From: Dehalococcoidia bacterium
GTDB taxonomy: Bacteria; Chloroflexota; Dehalococcoidia; Bin125
Assembly (NCBI GenBank): GCA_965221705.1
Contig: OZ244908.1
Location: 30,154 to 94,153 of the forward strand
Length of the DNA stretch: 64,000 nucleotides
Reading direction: 5' to 3'
The position numbers were made by a program, and so were the translations under genes. Each line of letters begins with the position of its first letter. Position 1 is the first letter of the stretch. Under the pieces are notes generated by a model, which saw nothing but the letters and a program-made list of their open reading frames with translations, had not been told where the DNA came from and searched no databases. Below, piece after piece: positions 33,290 through 42,072 of the stretch.

Positions 33290-33949
33290 TCAGGCGGTCG
33301 CCCACTGGCGCAGCCGCGCAATGCGCTGATCGACGATGTCGGCCCATGATTCCTGCGTCACCTCGACCGCGCCAGTGTCGCCGCCGAAGGCGCTGCTGAG
33401 CACGAGGTCGGGCGACTGCTCGCGCAAGAGCGCCAGGCTGCGCTCGAGCGACTCGGCCTCGCCGCCGTCTCGTTCGAGGACGAAGACGCCCCAACCGCGC
33501 CCGTTGGGAAAGATCGTGTCGCCGGTGAACAGATACGTTTGTCCGTGCGGCGACTGATAGCGAAAGCTGAGGCTGCCGTCGGTGTGACCGGGAGTGTCGA
33601 GAATCTCAAGCCCATCGAGTTGTGGATCGGGGCAGTCGTCGCTGATGACCAGATCGACATCGGCGTCCTGGCCGACCGACTGCGCCTCCGCCGCGCTGCA
33701 GGCGAGCCGCGAGCCGAACCGCTCGCGAATCCGATTCAGCGCCGGCGACGACTCGTCGCGGTGGCTGAGCAGTTGCACCGCCACGCCGCCCAGCCGCTCG
33801 ATCTGGTCGAGGTCGTCGTCCTGCGGTTCGGCGACGTGATAGATTAGCAGATTGCCCGTCGGTCGGGTCAGCAGATAGGCGTGTCGGTGGGTGCGCTCGT
33901 CGAACGAGTATCGTTCGCTCTGCCAGAGGTCGGGCGCCAGCTGTTTCAT
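33290..33949 (-). CDS. MBL-fold metallo-hydrolase
   Basis: LLSHRDE, TPGHTDGS, LFTGDT. Confidence 0.8.
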   Translation of the reverse strand: MKQLAPDLWQSERYSFDERTHRHAYLLTRPTGNLLIYHVAEPQDDDLDQIERLGGVAVQLLSHRDESSPALNRIRERFGSRLACSAAEAQSVGQDADVDLVISDDCPDPQLDGLEILDTPGHTDGSLSFRYQSPHGQTYLFTGDTIFPNGRGWGVFVLERDGGEAESLERSLALLREQSPDLVLSSAFGGDTGAVEVTQESWADIVDQRIARLRQWATA

Positions 33950-34044
33950 CTCAGTTGCTCCTCGTCGGACTGGTCTTCGTACTGCCGTCGATGCCGTCCA
34001 GGTTGCCCGATTAGGGTAGGCAACATCTCGCTTCTGCGCTCGCG

Positions 34045-34962
34045 TCAACGGCGCCGCGGCCGCGGCGGCTGGTCAAGCGATTCGAGGAGGTCGTCAAGAC
34101 GCCTGTTGATCTCGAACTCACTGATCAAGAGTACGTCGCCACTTTCGTCGACGTTGCCTTCGTCACTTGAGGCCGCAGCGCCTGCTAAGTACTCAGAAGT
34201 GTCTTCGTAGTAGATCCGCCGCCATCCTTCCCTTCCCGTCTCGACGCCGATTTCCGTGTACGCCCGGTAGCCTGGGCCAATGAAGCCGATCGAGAAGTAT
34301 CCCTCGTCTTCTAAGCCGTACGAGCCCATTACGGCATCTTGGTCTTCAGGGATGGTGATCAGTCGCCCGTAGATTTGGTATGTCTCGCCGGCCGTGAGTA
34401 CTTGGCCGCTTCCCCGCACGATCCGAATCACATAGATGTCAAGTGCAGCCGAGGCTGTGGCGCCGTTTGAGTCGGTAACTGTAGCCTCAATCGTCTTCCA
34501 GCCGGAGTCGACGACCGGTTGCGTCAGGTACTTGCGATACCAGCGCTGATGTGCCCGGTAGCCCTCCCACTCCGTGAACTCGTGGGCGCAGCTTACTGAT
34601 GCAATTCCTGTCGGGACCAGATAGCTCTGTTGCGGGTCGCTTGATTCGCCATCGATCGTCAGGAGATATGGACTTGTACCACCGCTCACTGCCCACTCGA
34701 CAGGCGTCTCTGAGACTCCCTCCCACACAATCCGGCTCTCCCATTGCAGTTCGTCGTCATCATTCCGGCTGAACACAAGGTCGGAGCCGGGGATTGCCGC
34801 AGTCGTCTCACAATTCGTATCGCCTGAGAGTCGGAGTAGCAGCGGAGGTGCCGCAGCTTGCCCCGTGGAGATTGTCGCCTGATCGGATTCATCGCTCAGC
34901 GAGCATCCCGCGACCAGCATGGCCGCGACAAGCGCAATCAGCGTCAGCCATCCAGCGCGCAT
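34045..34962 (-). CDS. Putative lipoprotein of the novel family (copy 2)
   Basis: MRAGWLTLIALVAAMLVAGC lipobox; domain shared with the ORFs at 14794 and 34962. Confidence 0.8.
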   Translation of the reverse strand: MRAGWLTLIALVAAMLVAGCSLSDESDQATISTGQAAAPPLLLRLSGDTNCETTAAIPGSDLVFSRNDDDELQWESRIVWEGVSETPVEWAVSGGTSPYLLTIDGESSDPQQSYLVPTGIASVSCAHEFTEWEGYRAHQRWYRKYLTQPVVDSGWKTIEATVTDSNGATASAALDIYVIRIVRGSGQVLTAGETYQIYGRLITIPEDQDAVMGSYGLEDEGYFSIGFIGPGYRAYTEIGVETGREGWRRIYYEDTSEYLAGAAASSDEGNVDESGDVLLISEFEINRRLDDLLESLDQPPRPRRR

Positions 34963-36725
34963 TAGTCGGTCCGCGGTTGTGGAAGCTGGCCGATTGAGTC
35001 CACGAGATCATCGATACGGGCATTGATGGAGATTTCGTCGTCGAGTAGAAACTGATTGTCGTCACTGCTAGCGGTGTCAGTGGTGGTAGCATTACTAGTT
35101 GGTTGGGGGCTTCCGATTGTTGCGTCATCGGACCACTCAATGCCTCGCGCAATCACATCACCGCTTCGAACAGCAATGGAAACAGCGGCGTAATAGTTGG
35201 CTCCGACGAGGTAAATGTCAAAGATGTTCCTGCCACCTTCTGCGAGTTCGTATCCTCCAATCTCCGCATCCTGTCCATCGGGAATTGTGATGAGTTGCCC
35301 ATGCACGCGGTAGGTGTGACCAGCTTTGAGGACTGTTCCACTGGCGCCAGTTATGCGGATGACGTATAACTGCGTTTCTGCTTTTGCAGTAGCACCGCTT
35401 GAGTCAGTGACTGTGGCGTAGATTGTTTTCCAGCCGGAGTCGACGACTGATTCTGTCAAGTACTTCCGATACCAGCGGTCGTAACCTCGGTAGGGTTCCC
35501 ATTCGCCAAAGTCCAACGCGCAACTGACTGATGCCGTTCCCGTGCGACCTTGGTAGGTCGTGTTCGGATCGCCAGACTCGCCGTCAATGGTCAATGAGTA
35601 AGTACCTGAGCCACCGCTGACCGACCAATCAACCGGCGACTCATTGACCCTGGTCCAGGTGGCTCGGGAGCGCGCGTCTACTTTATCGTCGTCGGTTCTG
35701 AAGGCCACCAGGTCGGATCCGCCGCTTGCCTTGGTTGTCTCGCAGGTCGGTTCAGCCGAGAGGCGCAGGAGCAGTGGCAAGGACATCGTCAGACCGGTAG
35801 GCGTCGTTGCCTGCCTGAAGTCGTCGCTGCCCCAGCAGCTCAGGCTGTTGTCATCGGCGACGGCGCAGCTGTGTTCGCCGCCGGCGGCGAGGATGCGGTA
35901 TCCACCGGCTGGAGCGGTCTTCTGTCCGTAGGTGTTGTCGCCCCAGCACTTGACTTGGCCGGTGTTGGACCGCATGGCGCAGGCGTGGTCGGTGCCGGCC
36001 GAGACGAAATCGTAGGCGGCATCCGCGTCGGGTACGTCGATCTGGCCGTAGAAGTTGTCGCCCCAGCACTCGAGGCCGGAGTCAGCCGTGCGAATCGCGC
36101 AGGTGTGATAGAACCCAGCCGTCACCTGGCTGTAGCTCGCCGTCGCATCAGGAACCGTCAACTGCCCAGCGTCATAGCCGCCGCCTCCGCCCCAGCATTC
36201 GAGCTGTCCCGTTCCCGACCGAATCGCGCAGGCGTGATACAACCCCGCCGCGACCGATGCGTACGACACATCGGCGTCAGGCACAGTCGCCTGACCATTG
36301 GCGTTGTCGCCCCAGCACTCGAGCTTGCCGTCGGCCGAGCGAATCGCGCATGTGAACGACTCGCCGGCGCTGACGGCGCGGTAACTCGCTGAGGGGTCAG
36401 GCACATTGTTTTGGCCGTAGTTGTTGACGCCCCAACACTGCAGATTGTCGTTGTCATTGATCGCACAGGTGTGCCAACTGCCAGCCGAGACGGCTACGAA
36501 TGAGGCCTCTGGGTCGGGAACCGTCGTCTGGCCGTAATCGTTGTTACCCCAGCAGTGGAGCTTGTCGTCGGCGTCAATGACGCAGCTGTGGGAGTGTCCC
36601 AGACTCAGCCGATCTGACAATGGTCGTTCGGACGCGACCTGACTCTCAACGCCGCCGCTCACCGAGCATCCCGCAACCAGGACGGCCGCGATGAGTGCGA
36701 TCAGTGTCAACCAACCAGCGCGCAT
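34962..36725 (-). CDS. Lipoprotein with about 7 RCC1/BLIP-II-like repeats plus the novel family domain (copy 3)
   Basis: Lipobox LVAGC; repeats VSAG..HTCAI......CWG.N.YGQ..VP; C-terminal domain homologous to copies 1 and 2. Confidence 0.85.
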   Translation of the reverse strand: MRAGWLTLIALIAAVLVAGCSVSGGVESQVASERPLSDRLSLGHSHSCVIDADDKLHCWGNNDYGQTTVPDPEASFVAVSAGSWHTCAINDNDNLQCWGVNNYGQNNVPDPSASYRAVSAGESFTCAIRSADGKLECWGDNANGQATVPDADVSYASVAAGLYHACAIRSGTGQLECWGGGGGYDAGQLTVPDATASYSQVTAGFYHTCAIRTADSGLECWGDNFYGQIDVPDADAAYDFVSAGTDHACAMRSNTGQVKCWGDNTYGQKTAPAGGYRILAAGGEHSCAVADDNSLSCWGSDDFRQATTPTGLTMSLPLLLRLSAEPTCETTKASGGSDLVAFRTDDDKVDARSRATWTRVNESPVDWSVSGGSGTYSLTIDGESGDPNTTYQGRTGTASVSCALDFGEWEPYRGYDRWYRKYLTESVVDSGWKTIYATVTDSSGATAKAETQLYVIRITGASGTVLKAGHTYRVHGQLITIPDGQDAEIGGYELAEGGRNIFDIYLVGANYYAAVSIAVRSGDVIARGIEWSDDATIGSPQPTSNATTTDTASSDDNQFLLDDEISINARIDDLVDSIGQLPQPRTD

Positions 36726-36824
36726 CTTGCGCCCTCGCTTAGAGGGTCAATAGTACGCAACCTGGACTGGCCTGGGCTGGTGAGCTGGCCTGAGAGGGAG
36801 CGTGTTCAGCTCCCCTCCCCCTTT

Positions 36825-36865
36825 CCGATCCCCTCTCCCCAGCGGGGAGAGGGTTAGGGTGAGGG
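36825..36865 (-). repeat. REP-like palindromic element
   Basis: ccgatcccctctccccagcggggagagggttagggtgaggg. Confidence 0.85.
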
Positions 36866-36895
36866 CCGCCGCGCAAATCTCAGTGGTGTGCTACG

Positions 36896-36971
36896 TGGTG
36901 GAGCTGGGGGGACTCGAACCCCCGGCCTTTTGACTGCCAGTCAAACGCTCTCCCAACTGAGCTACAGCCCC
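36896..36971 (-). tRNA. tRNA-Ala(GGC)
   Basis: Minus strand reads ggggctgtagctcagttgggagagcg tttga-ctGGCag-tcaaa aggccgggggttcgagtccccccagctccaCCA. Confidence 0.97.
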
Positions 36972-37191
36972 ACGCGGCGCGGCCTGGCGCGCTGGACAAC
37001 AGCCTACGCCTGCCAGGGCGCTCGCGCTAGCGGACGCTCGACCGCCCGCCTCAGCGCCCGCGCGCCGGCTGGTCCTGCGCCGACCGCTTTACCTTGAGCT
37101 AACTGAGATTGCGGGATGCGTGTGTCGCTGACCGCCGTTCCTGCCTACATTGGACGCATTGGCGCGAGCGGCGACATTGGGATGTGACCTC

Positions 37192-38205
37192 ATGCTGGAA
37201 CGACTGCGAGACACTTGGGCCGAGCGTCCGGCGCTCGTCGCGGCTGGCGTCTTCGCCCCGCTCGCGTTTCTGATCACGCTCTTGGTGCTATTCGTCGTCG
37301 TCGGCGGCGACGCTGAACCGGCGCAGCAGGTCGCCGACGCGGCGCCGTCGACGCAGCCAGATCAGGACGGCGGCACGGCGACCGTCGTCGTTGAGACTGA
37401 CGACCAGGACAGCGTCTCAGACGACTCGGGGCGGGAAGAGCAACCGACGAATGGCAGTTCGTCGGACGAGACGGCGACTGACGAAGATGACGAAGACGGC
37501 CGTGGGCCAGGCTCAGCGTCAACAACCGATCCTTCGGACTCCAACGACGCGCAGGATGACTCGGACGAACCGCTCGTCGTCGCTGGATTCACGGTCGTGT
37601 CGCTCGACGATGCGCTTGACGAGCCCCTCGACGAGTCGCAGCTCAAGTACGGCAGCGACGGGTCCGAGGGCGGCATCCTGCCGATCGACAACGGCGTCGT
37701 CGTCTCCAGCGGTCCCGACTATCGGACGACGTGGGAGTTGATCGTGCCTTCGGCGGGCATCAAGAGCACCGTCGTCCGCGTCGGCCGCACGGCGAGCGGC
37801 GCAATGGGATCGCCCGACAATCCCTATGTGATCGGTTGGCTCGACTCGAGCGCCGCGCCGGGCGAGACGGGCAACAGCTTGCTCGCCGGCCACCGAGACT
37901 TCGAAGACATCTCAGGCAACGTTGGCGAGGGCGTTTGCTGGGAGCTGGTCAACACGTCGCCCGGCGATCGCATGCTGGTCCGCGACGTCGATCGTGACAT
38001 CTATTTCGTCTACACCGTGACAGAGGCGGTGACCGTCAATCCGCGCGACCGCGACGCGGCTCGGTATCTGCAAAACAGCGATGAGCCGTTGGTCACGCTG
38101 ATCACGTGCACCGGGTCCTTCAATCAGGAGACGAACCAGTACTCGCATCGTCGCGTCGTGATTGGAGTGCTCGAGGCGGTGGCGTCGCCCGACGCATCGG
38201 GCTAG
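37192..38205 (+). CDS. Class F sortase with an acidic low-complexity linker
   Basis: N-terminal TM; PGETGNSLLAGHRD, VTLITCTGSF, YSHRRVV (His/Cys/Arg triad). Confidence 0.85.
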   Translation: MLERLRDTWAERPALVAAGVFAPLAFLITLLVLFVVVGGDAEPAQQVADAAPSTQPDQDGGTATVVVETDDQDSVSDDSGREEQPTNGSSSDETATDEDDEDGRGPGSASTTDPSDSNDAQDDSDEPLVVAGFTVVSLDDALDEPLDESQLKYGSDGSEGGILPIDNGVVVSSGPDYRTTWELIVPSAGIKSTVVRVGRTASGAMGSPDNPYVIGWLDSSAAPGETGNSLLAGHRDFEDISGNVGEGVCWELVNTSPGDRMLVRDVDRDIYFVYTVTEAVTVNPRDRDAARYLQNSDEPLVTLITCTGSFNQETNQYSHRRVVIGVLEAVASPDASG

Positions 38206-38248
38206 CGCGCCGCTCGAACGCTGAGTTGAGGAAGGCGAGGCCTCCTGC

Positions 38249-39229
38249 ATGCGGGGATTGTGGCTGGCATGGCGGTCGCTCGGGAAGTGGAGCTCCGACC
38301 TCTGCTGGCCGCTCGTCCAACTTCGTCGCAATCGACCGTGGCGGTTCGCCGCCGCGATCTTCGCCGCGATGGGCGTCTTGGCGCTGGTTGCAATCCCGGT
38401 GATCAACTGGATCGAGACTGATTCCAAATCAGACTCGCTGATCACGCGAATCGCCACCGAGTCGCCGCGCCGATCAGACGTAGGGTCTTCATCCGAATCA
38501 ACGTCGACGCGCGGCGGTGCGCAAGAAGACGACGGGAAGGTTGATCGGTTACTCGAGCCTCGCGTCGATAGCGCTGAGGGCTCTCGCACCGGGTCTCGCG
38601 ATCGTGACAACCCTGGCTTGCCGCTGGTTCGCTTGTCCGACGTATTGGTCGGCGCGATCGAGGGCGCATCATTTCCATACGGATCCGATGGCGCGGAAGG
38701 CAGCCTGTTACCGCTCGACAACGGCGTCGTGCCATCGAGCGGCCCGCGATTCAGCACAGACTGGGATCTGATCCTGCCCGCGGCGGGCATTCGCGCGGCG
38801 GTTGTCCAGGTCGGACTCACCTTCGAAGGGGCCATGGGGGCGCCCGACAATCCCAACGTCATCGGCTGGTTCAATCGCTCGGCCATTCCCGGAGAGCTTG
38901 GCAACGCGCTGCTTGGTGGACACCGTGACTTCCAGGATCGCGACGGCAACGTCGACATCGGCGTGTGTTGGGAGCTCGATCACACGCAGATCGGCGATCA
39001 GATGATCATTCACGACCGCTCGACTGAGCGCTACTTCGTTTACGAGATCGTCGACCGCGCCCGAGTGCATCCCGACTCCGGCGCAGCGGCGCGCTATCTC
39101 AGTCAGACTCGCGAGTCGGTGATCACGCTGATCACCTGCGCGGGCAAGTTCGACGCCGGGACCAACAGCTACGACCAGCGGATTATCGTGGTCGGGCTGC
39201 TCGAAGCGGTCGCTCAGCCGGACGCGTAG
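38249..39229 (+). CDS. Class F sortase (tandem paralog)
   Basis: PGELGNALLGGHRD, ITLITCAGKF, YDQRIIV; start uncertain. Confidence 0.85.
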   Translation: MRGLWLAWRSLGKWSSDLCWPLVQLRRNRPWRFAAAIFAAMGVLALVAIPVINWIETDSKSDSLITRIATESPRRSDVGSSSESTSTRGGAQEDDGKVDRLLEPRVDSAEGSRTGSRDRDNPGLPLVRLSDVLVGAIEGASFPYGSDGAEGSLLPLDNGVVPSSGPRFSTDWDLILPAAGIRAAVVQVGLTFEGAMGAPDNPNVIGWFNRSAIPGELGNALLGGHRDFQDRDGNVDIGVCWELDHTQIGDQMIIHDRSTERYFVYEIVDRARVHPDSGAAARYLSQTRESVITLITCAGKFDAGTNSYDQRIIVVGLLEAVAQPDA

Positions 39230-39252
39230 CCGCGTCCGTCCACATGTCAGCA

Positions 39253-42072
39253 CTACCAGTACTGTCGACGCTTGCCGCGTTTGCCTTGTTTACCTTGTTT
39301 CCCGCTACCGCCGTTGGCGCCGCTGTGACGCCACTCCGACGGATCGGCCGCGCGTTCGACAGCGACGGCGCAGACTTTGTACTCAGGTATCCGCGCGACG
39401 TCGTCGTAGACGTTGTTGGTGAGCCAGTTGGCGGCCGAGTCGGCGAGCCGCACGAAGGGAACGAAGACCGAGCCTTCGGCGACGTCCTCGGTGACGAAAC
39501 TGACGCCTTCGAGTCGGCCGCGACGCGACGCGACCCAAACGGCTTCGCCGTCGACGATTTCCTGGCGCGCGGCGTCGTTGGGATGAATCGCGACGCGCAG
39601 CTCAGGCCAAGAGTCGACCAATCCGTCGACGCGGCGGGTCATCGTGCCGCCATGCCAGTGATAGAGCACGCGTCCCGTGTTGAGGATCAGCGGGTAGCGC
39701 TCGTCGGGCGATTCCTCTGAGGGCGCGGTCTGACGCACCGGGATGAACTTGCCCAGGCCGCGGGGGAATGACTCGTCGTAGAGCCGCGGGGTGCCGGGAT
39801 GGTCGGCCGTCGGGCAGGGCCACTGGATGCCGCCTTCGGCGTCGAGCCGAGCGTGCGAGAGTCCCGACATGATCGGCGTCAGCTCGGCCAGTTCATCGAA
39901 GACCGACGCGGCCGATCCGTGCTCGAACCCTGTGGCCGGGATTCCCAAACGCCGCGCCGTTCGATTGGCGATGTCCTGCACGATCTCCCAGTCGGCCCGC
40001 GACTGTCCGACGGGCGCGATCACCTGTCGGACGCGCTGCACGCGGCGTTCGGAGTTGGTGAACGTACCCTCTTTCTCGGCGAACGAAGCGGCGGGCAAGA
40101 CGACGTCGGCCAATTCGGCCGTCTCGTGCATGAAGATGTCCTGCACAACGAGGAAGTCAAGCCGCTCGATCGCCTCGCGCGCGTGGGCCAGGTTCGGTTC
40201 GGTGAGCAGCGGATTTTCACCCACGATGTACATGCAGCGGATGCCGTCGTCGGCGAGCATGCTCTCGACCATGTCGGTCGCGCGCAAGCCTTCCGCGGGC
40301 GGCAGATCGGCTGACCAGACGCGATTGAACTTGTCCAAGACATCGGGCGTGTAGCGCTGATAGCCGGGCAACGCGTCGGGGATGCAGCCGGCGTCGCCGG
40401 CGCCCTGGACGTTGTTCTGTCCGCGCAGCGGCGAGACGCCGTTGCCGACGCGTCCCACCTGTCCGGTGAGCAAGGCCAGATTGAGCAGCGCCGTCGCGTT
40501 GGCGGTGCCGTTCGTGTGTTGCGTCACGCCCATGCCCCAGATCAGGCAGGAGCCGCCCGGACCGTCGACTGTCGGGTTCGGGCGCGCGTAAGTCTGAGCC
40601 GCGCGGATCAGCAACTCGGCGGGCACGCCCGACATCTGCTCGACCGCCTGCGGCGTGTAGTCATCGAGCTCGGCCAGCCAATCGTGGAATCCCTCGGTGC
40701 GTTGCTCGATGAACGCCGTATCAGCGAGACCCTCTTCGAGAATCACCTTGGCCATGCCGTTGAGCACCGCGACGTCCGTGCCTGGATACTGCCGCAGCCA
40801 GAGGTCGGTGTGGTCGCAGAGCTCGATTCGTTTCGGGTTGAGCACGATCAGCGATGCACCGCGGTCGATCGCCGAGCGCATGCGCGACGCGGCGACTGGG
40901 TGATTCGAGGATGGATCGGCGCCGACGACGAACAGGCAGTCCGACGCTTCATAGTCGCTGTAGCTGTTCGAGGTCGCGCCCGAGCCGAGCTGGGCCAGCA
41001 TCGCCTCGACCGACGGCGAGTGACAGAGTCGCGTGCAGTGGTCGATGTTGTTCGTGGCCATGACGGCGCGGACGAACTTTTGCAGCACGTAGTTGTCCTC
41101 GTTGGTCGCCTTGGCCGACGAGAATGCGCCGAACGCGCCGCGATGCTCGGCGAACTTCTCGGCGACCAGATCCAACGCCTCGTCCCACGAGGCGGGACGC
41201 AGACCTTCGGGTCCGCGAATCAACGGGGTCGTCAACCTGTCGGAGTGATTGACGAACGCCGTGCCGAAACGCCCCTTGACGCAGAGCAGTCCCTGCGACG
41301 AGCGATTGTCGGGGTCATCGTCGACGTGGGTCAGCACGCCGTCTTCGGCGGTGATCTTGATCCCGCAGCCGACGCCGCAGTAGGGACACACGGTCGAGAC
41401 GGTCTTCGCGCCGGATGCGGCTCGTTTGGGCGTCAACGCCTCGGTCGGACAGGCCGCGACGCATGATCCGCACGATGTGCAGGTCGATTCGCCCAAGGGC
41501 TCGTCGGCGAACGAGGCGATCCGCGCCGCCTTGCCCGCTCCGGCGATGCCGATCGCGCCGATGTGCTGTCGATCGCTGCAGGCTGACACGCAGCGTCCAC
41601 AGAGGATGCAGTCGGTTGCGTCGAAGCGGTAGAAGTGATTCGACTCATCGACATGCTCATTGACGCGCGATCGCCAACGCTCGGCGTCGGCGTGGTGCGT
41701 CGCCGCATGGTGGCGCAGCTCGGTCGACTGCGCGCCGTTCGCTGGCGCCGAGTGCGCCGAGCTGTCGGTCATCGCCAGCGTCAGTTCGAGTACGCCTCGA
41801 CGAGCGGCGACCGCGGCGTCCGAGTTGGTGTTGACTACCTGACCGTCGGCGATCGGCGTGTGGCAGGCCGCGGGTAAGCCTCGCACGCCGTCGATCTCGA
41901 CCAGACAGGTGCGGCACGCGCCCAGCGCCGGACCATCGAGGTCTTTGCACAGGTGGGGCAGATCGACGCCAGCCGAGAGCACGGCGTCGAGCACGGTGTC
42001 GCCGTCGCTCGCCTGCACGATCTGACCGTCGATCGTGGCCTGGATCGCCCGCGTCGCGGTTTCGCTGGTCAT
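39253..42072 (-). CDS. fdhF: Formate dehydrogenase alpha subunit (NAD-linked, FdhF/FdsA-like; Cys active site)
   Basis: N-terminal 2Fe-2S and 4Fe-4S motifs, CPYCGVGC...CVKG, IDHCTRLCH, RGQNNVQG; start MTSETAT overlaps the upstream stop (ATGA). Confidence 0.92.
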   Translation of the reverse strand: MTSETATRAIQATIDGQIVQASDGDTVLDAVLSAGVDLPHLCKDLDGPALGACRTCLVEIDGVRGLPAACHTPIADGQVVNTNSDAAVAARRGVLELTLAMTDSSAHSAPANGAQSTELRHHAATHHADAERWRSRVNEHVDESNHFYRFDATDCILCGRCVSACSDRQHIGAIGIAGAGKAARIASFADEPLGESTCTSCGSCVAACPTEALTPKRAASGAKTVSTVCPYCGVGCGIKITAEDGVLTHVDDDPDNRSSQGLLCVKGRFGTAFVNHSDRLTTPLIRGPEGLRPASWDEALDLVAEKFAEHRGAFGAFSSAKATNEDNYVLQKFVRAVMATNNIDHCTRLCHSPSVEAMLAQLGSGATSNSYSDYEASDCLFVVGADPSSNHPVAASRMRSAIDRGASLIVLNPKRIELCDHTDLWLRQYPGTDVAVLNGMAKVILEEGLADTAFIEQRTEGFHDWLAELDDYTPQAVEQMSGVPAELLIRAAQTYARPNPTVDGPGGSCLIWGMGVTQHTNGTANATALLNLALLTGQVGRVGNGVSPLRGQNNVQGAGDAGCIPDALPGYQRYTPDVLDKFNRVWSADLPPAEGLRATDMVESMLADDGIRCMYIVGENPLLTEPNLAHAREAIERLDFLVVQDIFMHETAELADVVLPAASFAEKEGTFTNSERRVQRVRQVIAPVGQSRADWEIVQDIANRTARRLGIPATGFEHGSAASVFDELAELTPIMSGLSHARLDAEGGIQWPCPTADHPGTPRLYDESFPRGLGKFIPVRQTAPSEESPDERYPLILNTGRVLYHWHGGTMTRRVDGLVDSWPELRVAIHPNDAARQEIVDGEAVWVASRRGRLEGVSFVTEDVAEGSVFVPFVRLADSAANWLTNNVYDDVARIPEYKVCAVAVERAADPSEWRHSGANGGSGKQGKQGKRGKRRQYW

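Noticed and set aside
34045-35760. Possible DGR template/variable repeat between lipoprotein paralogs
   Set aside because: Differences are spread over all bases, many synonymous, not adenine-specific; no reverse transcriptase in the window
37060-37115. tRNA D-arm-like text (ttagctcaaggtaaagc) upstream of tRNA-Ala
   Set aside because: No T-arm GTTCRA or acceptor stem could be formed
40960-41060. Selenocysteine in formate dehydrogenase
   Set aside because: Active site reads HCTRLCH with Cys codons; no in-frame TGA
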